A stretch of 64,000 bases of DNA from an uncultured Solirubrobacterales bacterium. Lineage in GTDB: Bacteria; Actinomycetota; Thermoleophilia; Solirubrobacterales; Solirubrobacteraceae. The stretch is taken from the NCBI GenBank assembly GCA_963695305.1, contig OY968774.1:1640471-1704470 (forward strand). The letters are read 5' to 3'. A program made the position numbers and the translations under genes. Of this stretch, positions 32,498-42,726 are shown one piece after another. Under the pieces are notes generated by a model. That model saw nothing but the letters and a program-made list of their open reading frames with translations, was not told the origin of the DNA and ran no database searches. Each line of letters starts with the position of its first letter. Position 1 is the stretch's first letter.

Positions 32498-34435
32498 TCA
32501 CAGGCTGCTCACCTCACGCTCGCAGGTGTCCTTGGTCATGAACACGCTCTCTGGTAGGCCCTTCTCCACGATTTCGCGGTAGAGCTCTGAGCGTTCGAGT
32601 AGCTCTTGGTGGCTGCCGTGGGCGATGATCTCCCCGTGGTCCAAGACCGCGATCTCATCGGCGAGCGCGATCGTGGAGAGGCGGTGGGCGATCACGAACG
32701 TGGTGCGTCCGGCCATCGCCTCGGCGAGCGCCAGCTTGATCGACTGCTCGGTGGAGGCGTCCACAGACGAGGTTGCATCGTCGAGGATCAACACTCGCGG
32801 GTTGGCGAGCAGCGCGCGCGCGATCGCCAAACGTTGGCGTTGACCGCCCGATAGCGACAGCCCACGCTCGCCCACTCCCGTGTCATAGCCCTTGGGCAAG
32901 CGCTCCACGAACTCATGCGCCTGCGCCCTCCGTGAGGCAAGTTCGATCTCCTCACGAGGAACCGGAGGCCCGCCCGCCCGCGCGTAGGCGATGTTCTCCG
33001 CCACACTCGCCGAGAACAGGAAGGGATCGTCGCTCACCACCGCGATCGCCTGTCGCAGCGAGCGCAAGCTCAGCTCGCGCACGTCAGCGCCGTCAAGCAG
33101 CACTTGGCCGCCGCTGACGTCGTACAAGCGCGATATCAGCGACACAAGGCTCGTCTTGCCAGACCCGGTGGCGCCCACCAGGGCGATCGTCCGCCCGGCG
33201 GGCACGTCGAGACTCACTCCCCGCAGTACCGCCCGGCCGCTGCTCTTCGTCGATGGGACGCTCCCATTGCCGGAGATGGAGCCGTTCGCGCCGGCGGGTG
33301 CTACGACGGGCGACGCCCCGAAAGCTTGCCCATTGGGGCTTGTCGCGAACTCGTGGTCGTTGTCATAGCGGAGCGTTACATCCATCAGCTCGACGTGGCC
33401 ACTACCGGCCGGCAGGCTGGGAGCATTCTCGGCTTCGGTCAAGCGTGGCTCGCGGTCCAGGAGCTGGAAGATGCGCGCTCCTGACGCGGTGGCGCGTTGG
33501 GCCAGGTTGAGCGTCACGCCGAGCGAGCGCATTGGCCCGACGAGCATGTTGAGGTAGAGGTAGAAGGCTGTGAACTCGCCGAGCTTGAGGTTGGCGTGGA
33601 TGACGCTCTCGCCGCCGATCAACAGCACCGCCGCGAGCCCGAGCTGGGGCAGGAAGCCGATCATCGGGTTGTAACGCGCCTCAAGCCGGGTGGCGACCAT
33701 CGCCTGGTCGAACACACGCGACACGCTGCCGCTGAAGCGATCGAGCTGGCGGGGCTCGCGCGCGAAGGACTTCACCACGCGCACGCCGGAAATGTTCTCC
33801 TCGGCATCCGCCGTCAGCTCGCCGATGCGCTGCTGTGTCTCCTGAATGGCGGGGCGCGCACGGCGGCCGTAGCGGTAGGAGATCAGCACCACGAACGGCA
33901 CCGGCGCGAGCGACACAAGCGCGAGACCGGGGTTGGTGACGAGCATCGCGATTCCCGCGAGCGAGATCGTGAGCACGGATTGCATGATGAACACGAGCCC
34001 ATACCCAAGGAAGAAACGGACTGCCTGCAGGTCCACGGTGGCGCGTGACATCAGTTGCCCCGTTTGCTGGCGGTCGAAGAAACCGAGCTCCAAGCGTTGC
34101 AGGTGGCTGTAGAGGCGCTCGCGCAGGTCGTACTCGATGCCCAGCGACACCTTTCCGGCGATCATGCGTCGCCAGTAGGTGAGGGCCCAGCGCGCGAGCA
34201 CCGCAACGACGATCGCGATCGCCAGCATCAGCAGCTTGTGGCGGTCTTCCGCCTTGAGCGTCCCCTGGTGGTGCTTGGCGTGTTCGGCTCCCAAGTGGAT
34301 CGCTTCAACAGCGCTTCCGGTGAGCGCCGGCAGCAGCACTGTCATCACCATCGCCAGGCTCGCTAGTGCCGCCGATACGATCACCCCCCGGCGGTAAGGG
34401 CGCAGAAATCCAAGTAGTCGGTAGAAGATCGTCAT
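32498..34435 (-). CDS. ABC exporter, fused permease/ATPase (likely heterodimer partner)
   Basis: TM domain plus GATGSGKTS, LSGGQRQR, LILDDATS. Confidence 0.93.
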   Translation of the reverse strand: MTIFYRLLGFLRPYRRGVIVSAALASLAMVMTVLLPALTGSAVEAIHLGAEHAKHHQGTLKAEDRHKLLMLAIAIVVAVLARWALTYWRRMIAGKVSLGIEYDLRERLYSHLQRLELGFFDRQQTGQLMSRATVDLQAVRFFLGYGLVFIMQSVLTISLAGIAMLVTNPGLALVSLAPVPFVVLISYRYGRRARPAIQETQQRIGELTADAEENISGVRVVKSFAREPRQLDRFSGSVSRVFDQAMVATRLEARYNPMIGFLPQLGLAAVLLIGGESVIHANLKLGEFTAFYLYLNMLVGPMRSLGVTLNLAQRATASGARIFQLLDREPRLTEAENAPSLPAGSGHVELMDVTLRYDNDHEFATSPNGQAFGASPVVAPAGANGSISGNGSVPSTKSSGRAVLRGVSLDVPAGRTIALVGATGSGKTSLVSLISRLYDVSGGQVLLDGADVRELSLRSLRQAIAVVSDDPFLFSASVAENIAYARAGGPPVPREEIELASRRAQAHEFVERLPKGYDTGVGERGLSLSGGQRQRLAIARALLANPRVLILDDATSSVDASTEQSIKLALAEAMAGRTTFVIAHRLSTIALADEIAVLDHGEIIAHGSHQELLERSELYREIVEKGLPESVFMTKDTCEREVSSL

Positions 34436-34562
34436 AGTTGCTTAGTCAACGATTATGGCATCCGGGTGGGATTTATGTTTTTAGGACCGTTGCCCGTACC
34501 CGCGGTTCCTGATCTGCCGGTGTCGAGAAAACGCAGGTTTCGCTGCCCACTACGCTTGGCTT

Positions 34563-34769
34563 GTGCCCCCTGAGAAGAGTCAGCCGCGCGCCGTCCCCCG
34601 TGGGCCCCAGGCCGGGTTGTGCGACACGTGCGTGCATCGCCAGCTCGTGCCCAACACGCGGGGGTCGGTGTTCTCGCTGTGCACCCGCTCGCGCACAGAT
34701 CCCGCGTATGTGCGCTATCCACGCCTACCGGTGCTCGCCTGCCCCGGCCATGAGCGGCTCCCTGACTGA
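34563..34769 (+). CDS. Small Cys-rich hypothetical protein
   Basis: GLCDTC...SLC...YPRLPVLAC; four Cys suggest metal binding; overlaps the MFS 3' end. Confidence 0.6.
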   Translation: MPPEKSQPRAVPRGPQAGLCDTCVHRQLVPNTRGSVFSLCTRSRTDPAYVRYPRLPVLACPGHERLPD

Positions 34770-36182
34770 GGCCTCCACGGGCTCCGGTGCGTAGGAGGCG
34801 ACGAAGTCCTTGGAGCGGATGAGCGCGAACGCTCCCACCGCTCCCACGAAGGCCACAAGCGAGCCGATCTCCAGGATGTTCGTGAACGCGCCCACGAACT
34901 CGGTGCGGCTCGCATTCTGGACCGCGGCGCCGACGCCGAGGTCGTGCTGAAAGATCGCGCCGAGCGCGGCGATCCCAGTGGCGATGCCCACCTGGCGGAA
35001 GGTGCTGTTAGCTCCCGAGGCCATACCGGAGCGGGCGGCAGGGACAACACCGATCGCGGCTGAGGCGAGCGGTGGGTTGACCATGCCAACGCCGATCCCC
35101 TGCAGGATGAAGCCCGGGATCAGCGCTGTCCAGCCGGAGGTGGGGGTGACCAGCGTCATCGCGAGTAGACCACCGGAGATAAACAGCAGGCCGACGCCGA
35201 GTAGCAGGCGGATCGGGACGCGCACGCTCAACTTGCCCGAGAGCGGCGCGACGGCGAACATCAGCAGGGTGGTGGGAAGGAAGCGCAAGCCCGCTTGAAG
35301 CGGCGAGTAGTGGAGTACGTCCTGGATGTAGAGCGTCAGGTACAGGAACATCGCGAACGCGGAGCTCGACAGCGTGAAAGCGACAAGGCTCGCGCCGACG
35401 AAGGCGGGGCGTTTGAACAGCGAGAGGTCGAGCATCGGGCGGGTCTGCACGCGCTCGGCGATCACGAACAGGACGAGCAGGATCGCGGCGGAGCTCAGCA
35501 TGGCGACGATCTGGGTGGAGCCCCAGCCGAGCGTGTTGCCGCGCACGAGCGCGAACACGAGCAGGAACAGCGAGCCGGAGAACGTGACCAGGCCCGCCCA
35601 GTCGACGCCGGTGGCGTTGGGGTCGCGCGACTCGGACACCTTCGTGAGCGTGAGCGCGACCGCGAGAACGCCGATGGGGGCGTTCACAAAGAAGATCCAC
35701 TCCCAGCCGATTGCGGAGGTGATGATGCCCCCGATCAGCGGCCCGGCGGCGACGGCGGCGCCGGTGACCGCGCCGAAGATCCCGAACGCCGTGCCCCGCT
35801 CGCGGCCCTGGAAGGCCTGGGCGATCAGCGCGAGCGAGGTGGCGAACATCAGCGCCCCGCCGATCCCCTGCACGCCGCGTGCGAGGTTCAGCGTGAGCGG
35901 GGTCCCCGACAGCCCGCAAACCACCGAGGAGGCGGTGAACACGACCAGCCCGATCGTGAACAGGAGCCTGCGCCCGAACAGGTCGGCGAGCGCGCCGCCG
36001 GTGAGCAGGAAGGCGGCGAGCGTGAGCGAGTAGGCGTCCACCACCCATTGGAGGTCCTGGAAGGAAGAGTGCAGCGAGCTTTGGATCGACGGCAGCGCGA
36101 CATTCACCACGGTGATGTCGAGCAGCAGCATGAAAATCGCGATGCACACCGCGATCAATGTCCACCACTTGCGCTCCATCAC
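34725..36182 (-). CDS. DHA2 (EmrB/QacA) MFS efflux transporter
   Basis: LDITVVNVALP, WVVDAYSL, D.FGRR motif A, about 14 TM. Confidence 0.93.
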   Translation of the reverse strand: MMERKWWTLIAVCIAIFMLLLDITVVNVALPSIQSSLHSSFQDLQWVVDAYSLTLAAFLLTGGALADLFGRRLLFTIGLVVFTASSVVCGLSGTPLTLNLARGVQGIGGALMFATSLALIAQAFQGRERGTAFGIFGAVTGAAVAAGPLIGGIITSAIGWEWIFFVNAPIGVLAVALTLTKVSESRDPNATGVDWAGLVTFSGSLFLLVFALVRGNTLGWGSTQIVAMLSSAAILLVLFVIAERVQTRPMLDLSLFKRPAFVGASLVAFTLSSSAFAMFLYLTLYIQDVLHYSPLQAGLRFLPTTLLMFAVAPLSGKLSVRVPIRLLLGVGLLFISGGLLAMTLVTPTSGWTALIPGFILQGIGVGMVNPPLASAAIGVVPAARSGMASGANSTFRQVGIATGIAALGAIFQHDLGVGAAVQNASRTEFVGAFTNILEIGSLVAFVGAVGAFALIRSKDFVASYAPEPVEASVREPLMAGAGEHR

Positions 36183-36730
36183 TCGACCCTAGCGCCGATT
36201 GCGGAGATTCCGGAGTCCTTTCCGCTCGCGGGGGCGATGGCGGTCGGAGCGCCCCCGATACCCGGGGCGCGTCCACCCGGTGGTTCCTCGCCGTCGTGGG
36301 CCTGCTCGCGTAGCTTGCGGCGCACGCGCTTGCGGGTCGCGGACAGCTCCTCGCGCAACTTCGCGAGCTCGGAGGCGCGGTGGTCCACCAGTTCGAGCTG
36401 GAGGTCGATATGGCCGAGCGCCTCCTCCAGCAGCGCGCGGCGGCGCTCGGGGGGGACGTCCTCGCGCTGCAGCTCCGCGCGCACCGCCGCGCGGGCCTCC
36501 TCGGCGGTGAGCAGGTCTCTTAGCTCGTCGAGGGTCACCCCGAGCAGCTCCTTCAGCCTGATCACCTCGCGCAGGCGCTCCACCTCTTCCTGCGTATACA
36601 GGCGGTGGCCGCCCGATGGCCGTCCGGGAGCGTTCGGGAGCAGCCCGATCTCCTCGTAGTAGCGGATCGTGCGGGGGGTGGTGCCGGCGAGCTTGGCGAC
36701 ATCGCCGATGCGCAGACTCTGCTCAGACAC
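36179..36730 (-). CDS. MerR family transcriptional regulator
   Basis: RIGDVAKLAGTTPRTIRYYEEIGLL..R.SGGHRLY. Confidence 0.92.
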   Translation of the reverse strand: MSEQSLRIGDVAKLAGTTPRTIRYYEEIGLLPNAPGRPSGGHRLYTQEEVERLREVIRLKELLGVTLDELRDLLTAEEARAAVRAELQREDVPPERRRALLEEALGHIDLQLELVDHRASELAKLREELSATRKRVRRKLREQAHDGEEPPGGRAPGIGGAPTAIAPASGKDSGISAIGARVE

Positions 36731-38249
36731 GCTCAAGGGAAAGCGCCTCCAGCTTGGGCTCCTTCGCGAGCGCCGGGGCCTGGCGGGGGCGCAATAGACA
36801 CACAAACGCGCCGATCACCGAGGTCGCCACCAGCACCCACAGAGCTACGTGCATGTTGGCGATGAAGGGGTCGAGCTTCTGCGTGGAGAGCCCCCGTGTG
36901 ACGCCTGAGAAGACGGCGAACAACGTCGCCTTCGGCACCGCGGAGGTGACGATCGCGAGCACGAAGGCGATCGAGAGTACGGCGCCGGTGTTCTGCAGCA
37001 GCGTGCGCGCCCCGGCGGCTACGCCGCGGCGCTTGGCGGGCACGACGCCCATCATCGCGGCGGTGTTGGGGCTGTTGAACATGCCCGACCCGATCCCCAC
37101 GAGCGCCAGCCAGATCATGCTCTGCCAGTAAGGGGTGTGCACTTGCAGTGTGGTCATCGCCGCCAAACCAGTCGCCGTCACGAGCATCCCAGTCGCCGCC
37201 AGAGTGCGTGAGCCATGCCGGTCGGCGTATATGCCCGCGAGCGGCGACGCCACAAGCATCCCCAGCGCGAGCGGTATCAGCTTGATGCCCGCCGTGATCG
37301 GATCGTTGGACTGGGCGCCCTGGTAGTAGAAGACGAACAGGAACATCAACGCGAAGCGCGCCAACCCGTTGATGAACGCGGCAGCGGAGGCGGCCGCGAA
37401 AAGGCGGTTGGAGAAGATCGAGAGGTCGAGCATCGGCGCACGCGTGCTCCGCTCGATCAGCACCCACAGCGGCAACAGCACCGCGGCGCACACCAGCCCG
37501 CCGATCACGACCGGGTTGCCCCACCCGGACAGTCCGCCCTTTGAGACACCGAGCACGAGCCCGGTGAGCCCCACCACGAACGTGGCGGTGCCAAGCGTGT
37601 CGAAGCCTCTCACTTGGTCGGGCTTGGCGAGCTCGCGCAAGATCAACGCGCCCCAGGCGGCGCCGAGCAGGGCGAGCGGGACGTTGAACCAGAACACCCA
37701 GTGCCAGGAGATCTCCACGAGCACCCCACCGAGCACCGGCCCCAGCACGAGCCCGATCGCCGCCACCATCGTGTTGGCGCCCATCGCAAGGCCGAGTTGC
37801 TCCTTGGGGAAGGCATCGGTGACCAGCGCGGCGGCGTTCGCAAACAGGAAAGCCGACCCTATGCCCTGGAGCACGCGCCAACAAATGAGCATGGTCGCGT
37901 CGGTAGAGAATCCCGCCCCCAGGGAGGCGAGCGCGAACAAAACAAAACCTCCAACGTACGCGCGCTTTCTTCCGAACAGGTCACTCAGTCGCCCCGCGGT
38001 GAGCACCAAGACTGTCGCTGCGATGAGGTAGGCGAGGATCACCCACACGAGGGTCAACAGGCTCGTGTGTAGCGAGCGCTCAAGGCTCGGCAGGGCGATG
38101 ATCAACGTGCCCGAGTTGGTGGCCGCGAGCAGCATCCCAAGGCTCGTGCACGACAGCGCCCACCACTTGTAGCTCTCGTGACCGGCATGAACGCCGAGGC
38201 GGGTTTTTGAAATTGACGTGAACGTAAGGATTAGGATAGCAGCGCCCAA
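36723..38249 (-). CDS. DHA2 MFS transporter (start uncertain)
   Basis: WVILAYL, GRLSDLFGRK, about 14 TM. Confidence 0.9.
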   Translation of the reverse strand: MGAAILILTFTSISKTRLGVHAGHESYKWWALSCTSLGMLLAATNSGTLIIALPSLERSLHTSLLTLVWVILAYLIAATVLVLTAGRLSDLFGRKRAYVGGFVLFALASLGAGFSTDATMLICWRVLQGIGSAFLFANAAALVTDAFPKEQLGLAMGANTMVAAIGLVLGPVLGGVLVEISWHWVFWFNVPLALLGAAWGALILRELAKPDQVRGFDTLGTATFVVGLTGLVLGVSKGGLSGWGNPVVIGGLVCAAVLLPLWVLIERSTRAPMLDLSIFSNRLFAAASAAAFINGLARFALMFLFVFYYQGAQSNDPITAGIKLIPLALGMLVASPLAGIYADRHGSRTLAATGMLVTATGLAAMTTLQVHTPYWQSMIWLALVGIGSGMFNSPNTAAMMGVVPAKRRGVAAGARTLLQNTGAVLSIAFVLAIVTSAVPKATLFAVFSGVTRGLSTQKLDPFIANMHVALWVLVATSVIGAFVCLLRPRQAPALAKEPKLEALSLERV

Positions 38250-38323
38250 AAACTTGTCTTCGTGTCGGCCGGGAGGCCGACACGCCCTCGCGCAGCGGCG
38301 TGACTGCTAGAACATGGCTTCAG

Positions 38324-38731
38324 ATGGCCGACCGCGAGGTGGACAAGCCAGAGGAGCAGTGGCGCGAGGAGCTCAGCCCCGAGCAGTACGACGTGCTGCG
38401 GCGCGCCGGGACCGAGGCGCCCTTCGCCGGAGAGTACGTCTACAACAAGGACTCGGGCATGTACGCGTGCGCGGGTTGTGGCGCCGACCTCTTTGCTTCA
38501 GACACGAAGTTCGAGTCGGGTACGGGGTGGCCGAGCTTCACCGAGCCCGCGATCTCAGAAGCGGTGGAGCTCCGCCCCGATAACTCCCTCTTCATGCGCC
38601 GCACGGAGGTGGTGTGTCGCCGTTGCGGTGGCCACCTCGGGCACGTCTTCGACGACGGTCCCGGCCCGACTGGTCAGCGGTACTGCATCAACTCTGCGGC
38701 GCTTACGTTCGACCCCAAGCCCGAGCAATAG
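38324..38731 (+). CDS. msrB: Peptide-methionine (R)-S-oxide reductase
   Basis: GTEAPF, KFESGTGWPSF, HLGHVFDDGP..TG.RYCINS. Confidence 0.97.
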   Translation: MADREVDKPEEQWREELSPEQYDVLRRAGTEAPFAGEYVYNKDSGMYACAGCGADLFASDTKFESGTGWPSFTEPAISEAVELRPDNSLFMRRTEVVCRRCGGHLGHVFDDGPGPTGQRYCINSAALTFDPKPEQ

Positions 38732-38743
38732 ACTGAGCGCCCA

Positions 38744-39076
38744 ATGGTGATGCAGGACCAAGCCAAACGGCTCTCAGAGCCCTTGCGGTGGACGCGTACA
38801 AGCCGGCTTGCCGTGATATCGGCATGCGTGGTGTTGGTGGCTGCTTTTGCGACGGTTGCGGTGGTGGTGCAGACCAGTAAAGGCCCCGGTCCGGGTTGCA
38901 TCGATGTCGCGTTCCCCAGCACCCTCGGCGTCGCCGAAATTCATCCGTGTGGCGCCAAGGCGCGTACGTTGTGCGCCAATCCGGCGGAAAACCCGGCGGT
39001 TGCGGTTCACGGCGTGTTGCGCGAGGCGTGTGTGCGGGCGGGCTTGCCTTACGCGCAGGCCGGCGGCGCGGGCTAG
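38744..39076 (+). CDS. Hypothetical membrane-anchored protein with four Cys
   Basis: One TM followed by a Cys-containing extracytoplasmic part. Confidence 0.6.
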   Translation: MVMQDQAKRLSEPLRWTRTSRLAVISACVVLVAAFATVAVVVQTSKGPGPGCIDVAFPSTLGVAEIHPCGAKARTLCANPAENPAVAVHGVLREACVRAGLPYAQAGGAG

Positions 39077-39326
39077 CGTTTCCAGGGCCATCTTTCCGGC
39101 CCTTCTGTCCTTCCGCCCGCCCGCGCGGGCTAGCGTTTCCAAGCCGCCTACGGGCCTTCCGTGGGACGTCTCGACAAATGTCTAAACGGAGGGTGGCAAC
39201 TGTTGGCCATGTCTCCCTACTAGCGCCCTCCCTCTCCCGGTTTCATGGTGCGACCCAAAGAGGGTGCCTCGGCCGAAGTGGGCCGATGGCGCCCAAAACG
39301 TATTCAAAGACAGGAAATGGAGGCAT

Positions 39327-40739
39327 ATGTCCATCTTGGCCACAGCCGAATGGCTGGCGTACCCATCGTGGCTCAACGCGGGCGACAACGCCTGGCAGAT
39401 GACCGCGGCGACGTTCGTCGGTCTGATGAGCGTTCCGGGTCTCGCCATCCTTTACGGCGGCGTGATGCAGAAGCGCTGGTCGGTGAACAGCATGATGCTC
39501 ACCTTCGTCGCGTTCGCACTTGTGCTGGTTGCATGGTGTCTGTGGGCGTTCAAGATGGGCTTCGGCACGCCGATCGGGAAAGGCACGGGCTTCTTCGACA
39601 CCTTCTGGGGTAGGCCGGGGAGCGTCCTCGGTCACGCCGCGGAGGAGGGGCAGGCGGTAATCCCGTCGATCTCCTCAGGTCCGCCGTTCCATTTCCCGCA
39701 ATCCTCGCTCGTTTACTTCCAATTTGTGTTCGCGGGGATCACGCCGATCCTGATGTTGGGCTCCGTTCTGGGCCGCATCAATTTCAAGGCGTGGATCCCG
39801 TTCGTGCTCCTGTGGATCACGTTCGTGTACACGGTCAACGCGTTCCTCATCTGGGGCGGCGGCTTCTTCGCGGCTCACGGCGCACTCGACTACTCGGGTG
39901 GTTACGTGATCCACTTGGCGGCAGGCATCTCCGGCTTCGTGGCGGCAGCGGTGATCGGGCCACGACTTCAACGAGACAGAGAGGTCGATGCTCCGAACAA
40001 CCTGCTGATGGTTGCCGCGGGCGCTGGTCTGCTGTGGCTCGGCTGGAACGGCTTCAACGGTGGTGACTCCTACTACGCGGGCGCGAACGCCTCGGCGGCG
40101 GTTCTCAACACGAACCTCTGCACCGCGGTCGCGATGCTCGTGTGGATCGCATGGGATTACATCTTCCGCGACAAGCCATCGCTGATCGGCTCGGTCAACG
40201 GAATGATCACGGGCCTTGTGGCGATCACCCCGGGCGCCGGTTTCGTCAACGGGTACGGTGCGATCGTAATCGGTGTGGTGGCATCCACGATCGTGTGGAT
40301 GGCGATCCGCTTCCTCTCACGAGCGCCGGTGTTCAGGAATGTGGATGACACGCTTGGAGTGATCTACACCCACGGTATAGCCGGCCTGCTCGGCGGCCTG
40401 TTGGTGGGTGTGCTCGCCGATCCGAACATAGTCGAGTACATCGGTATCGGCGGCGCGGAAAACCTCCCAGGTGTTGCGGGAGCGATTCACGGCAGCTGGA
40501 AACTCCTGCGCTGGCAGGCGGAGACCGCGCTGTTCGTGATCGTGTTCTCCGGTATCGCCACGTTCATCCTGCTGAAGATCGTCGGGATCTTCGTGCCGCT
40601 GCGACTCTCCGATAAGGAGCTGGAAATCGGCGACCACGCGATCCACGGCAACGAGGTGTACCCCTCGGACGTGCCCACCCTCGGTGGACCCCACGCTCCA
40701 GGGTGGCAGACGCCCGAGCCGGCTGGTAGCCCGGCGTAG
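39327..40739 (+). CDS. amt: Ammonium transporter
   Basis: GGAGG RBS; GDNAW, YFQFVFA, DYSGGYVIH, LWLGWNGFNGG, HGIAG. Confidence 0.96.
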   Translation: MSILATAEWLAYPSWLNAGDNAWQMTAATFVGLMSVPGLAILYGGVMQKRWSVNSMMLTFVAFALVLVAWCLWAFKMGFGTPIGKGTGFFDTFWGRPGSVLGHAAEEGQAVIPSISSGPPFHFPQSSLVYFQFVFAGITPILMLGSVLGRINFKAWIPFVLLWITFVYTVNAFLIWGGGFFAAHGALDYSGGYVIHLAAGISGFVAAAVIGPRLQRDREVDAPNNLLMVAAGAGLLWLGWNGFNGGDSYYAGANASAAVLNTNLCTAVAMLVWIAWDYIFRDKPSLIGSVNGMITGLVAITPGAGFVNGYGAIVIGVVASTIVWMAIRFLSRAPVFRNVDDTLGVIYTHGIAGLLGGLLVGVLADPNIVEYIGIGGAENLPGVAGAIHGSWKLLRWQAETALFVIVFSGIATFILLKIVGIFVPLRLSDKELEIGDHAIHGNEVYPSDVPTLGGPHAPGWQTPEPAGSPA

Positions 40740-40752
40740 GGGGCGAAGGAAT

Positions 40753-40835
40753 CCGGTTGGGCCGCGCCGCCTCTGTGCGCGGCCCAACCGGCGATTTGTA
40801 AAAGGCAACCGCGACCCCGCTTCGGCGGGGTCGCG
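40753..40835. terminator. Two strong hairpins between convergent amt and msrA
   Basis: 15-bp stem at 40753-40791 and 11-bp stem with C(TTCG)G tetraloop at 40810-40835. Confidence 0.6.
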
Positions 40836-40922
40836 CCGTTGCTAGCATCGCCTTTGGCCTTTGGTTATCAATCGCTTGCGAAACCGGCCCGCCTCGGCGG
40901 GCCGAGCTGCTTAAAGCCCCCG

Positions 40923-41594
40923 TCAGGCGCTAGCGAGCCCCACGGGACAAGCCACCCCAGTCCCACCCAGCCCGCAATACCCACCAGGGTTCTTCTCCAA
41001 GTACTGCTGGTGGTAGTCCTCGGCGTAGTAGAACTTGCGCTGGGGATCGGGCGGCAGGATTTCGGTAGTGATGAGCCCATGGCCGGACGCACTCAGCATG
41101 CGTTGATACGCGTCGCGTGACGCTTCCGCCGTAAGTTGCTGCTCTGCGTCAAAACACGCGATAAGCGAGCGGTATTGGGTGCCGACGTCGTTGCCCTGGC
41201 GCATACCTTGGGTGGGGTCGTGGCCCTCCCAAAACAGGCGGAGCATCTCCTCGAAGGTTGTGTGGGCGGTGTCGTAGCCGACGAGCACGACCTCGGAGTG
41301 GCCGGTGCGCCCGGAGCAGACCTCCTCGTAGGTGGGGTTGGGGGTGGTGCCGCCGGCGTAGCCGACGGCGGTGGTGTAGACCCCTGGGGCTTCCCAGAAG
41401 ATGCGCTCGGCGCCCCAGAAGCAGCCCATGCCGAAGATGGCGGGGCGCACCGTGGGGGGGACGCCCTCGGCGTCGAGTTGGAGCGGCGTGTGGAGAACGA
41501 CATGGCGATCGGCGACCGGCATCGGTTGCGCGCGGCCGGGGAGCGTGTGGGATGGCTCGACCATGGTGATATCGCGACCTTTGAAGAGGAGCAC
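40923..41594 (-). CDS. msrA: Peptide-methionine (S)-S-oxide reductase
   Basis: [39 protein letters not shown]. Confidence 0.97.
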   Translation of the reverse strand: MLLFKGRDITMVEPSHTLPGRAQPMPVADRHVVLHTPLQLDAEGVPPTVRPAIFGMGCFWGAERIFWEAPGVYTTAVGYAGGTTPNPTYEEVCSGRTGHSEVVLVGYDTAHTTFEEMLRLFWEGHDPTQGMRQGNDVGTQYRSLIACFDAEQQLTAEASRDAYQRMLSASGHGLITTEILPPDPQRKFYYAEDYHQQYLEKNPGGYCGLGGTGVACPVGLASA

Positions 41595-41685
41595 CGTGTG
41601 TTCAGCGTAGCGCGGTGGCGACTCGTCGTTTGATGGCCATCAACGTTCAAGGGTGGGGTAGTTCTTACCGAAGAGAGATGTACAG

Positions 41686-42726
41686 GTGATTGCCACGACT
41701 ACACCGCCTCCCTCGATCCGTTGGACCCCCTTGCGCTCGCTTCCCCGCCACTTGACGTCGGGGCGGCCGGCGATTGCTTGGGCGTTGTCGATGCTGCTTG
41801 TGTTCAAGGGGATGGTGGCGGTGGGGATCTCCGCGTTCCCGATCAGCCCGCTTGAGCCGACGCACATGGTGGCGGCGATTGGTCTCGCGGGGATCGTCGC
41901 GGGGCTTGTGATCTGGCTGATTGGCCCGCGGATGCCCTTGTTCGCGTTCGAGGCGTTTGCGGCGGTAGCCTCGGTTACCGCTAGCTGGACTGTCGCCCAC
42001 GCGGCGACGCACGGGGGGATGATGATCACCGCGTTCGCGTATCCGTGGGTGGCGATCTACTCGGCTCACTTCTTCCCCCGTCGGGCGGTGATCTTCCAGG
42101 GCGCACTCATCTCGGTCGGCTTCGGCGTGGGGCTCGCCGTGGGTGGCCTTGAACACGTGTTCGTGTACTGGGTGACGGTGGTGGCGACGATCTGGTCGAT
42201 CTGCCTCGTGATGGGGCACCTCAGTGAGACCCTCCGCCGTCAGGCCGACACGGACCCGCTCACTGGGTTGCTCAACCGGGCGGGGTTCCTGGTGGCGGCG
42301 AACCGCGAGCACGCGATCGCTCAGCGCACCGGTAACCCGTTGACAGTGGCGGTGCTGGACCTCGATGGGTTCAAGCAGATCAACGACCTTCAGGGGCACG
42401 CGATGGGGGACCGTCTTCTCTCCGACCTTGGTCGTTCGTGGGGCGAGCGGTTGCGTGCCGGCGACATTCTCGCCCGTCATGGGGGGGATGAGTTCGTGTT
42501 GTTGCTCCCCGCGACGTCCCCGGAGGGGGCGGTGGCGGTGTTGGAGCGGTTGCGCGACGATCGCCTGCCGGTGACGTGGTCGGTGGGTATCGGTACATGG
42601 TTGCCGGGTGAGGATCTCGACGAGTGCATCGCTCGCGCCGATACGCACCTCTACAGCGTGAAGAACGCGATGAGGGTGCTTGATGCGCGTAGCGGGGCGA
42701 CGGCGCCGCTGCTCGGCGCCGCTTGA
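41686..42726 (+). CDS. Membrane-bound diguanylate cyclase
   Basis: About 6 TM, TDPLTGLLNR, DLDGFKQIND..GH..GD, RHGGDEF. Confidence 0.92.
   Translation: MIATTTPPPSIRWTPLRSLPRHLTSGRPAIAWALSMLLVFKGMVAVGISAFPISPLEPTHMVAAIGLAGIVAGLVIWLIGPRMPLFAFEAFAAVASVTASWTVAHAATHGGMMITAFAYPWVAIYSAHFFPRRAVIFQGALISVGFGVGLAVGGLEHVFVYWVTVVATIWSICLVMGHLSETLRRQADTDPLTGLLNRAGFLVAANREHAIAQRTGNPLTVAVLDLDGFKQINDLQGHAMGDRLLSDLGRSWGERLRAGDILARHGGDEFVLLLPATSPEGAVAVLERLRDDRLPVTWSVGIGTWLPGEDLDECIARADTHLYSVKNAMRVLDARSGATAPLLGAA

Noticed and set aside
35008-36659. Alternative-frame and antisense ORFs (35008-36276, 35295-36659)
   Set aside because: Fully overlap the MFS and MerR genes; Arg/Ala-rich shadow translations.
39165-39190. 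GlnR box upstream of amt
   Set aside because: Only a weak match to GTNAC-N6-GAAAC; not supportable by eye.
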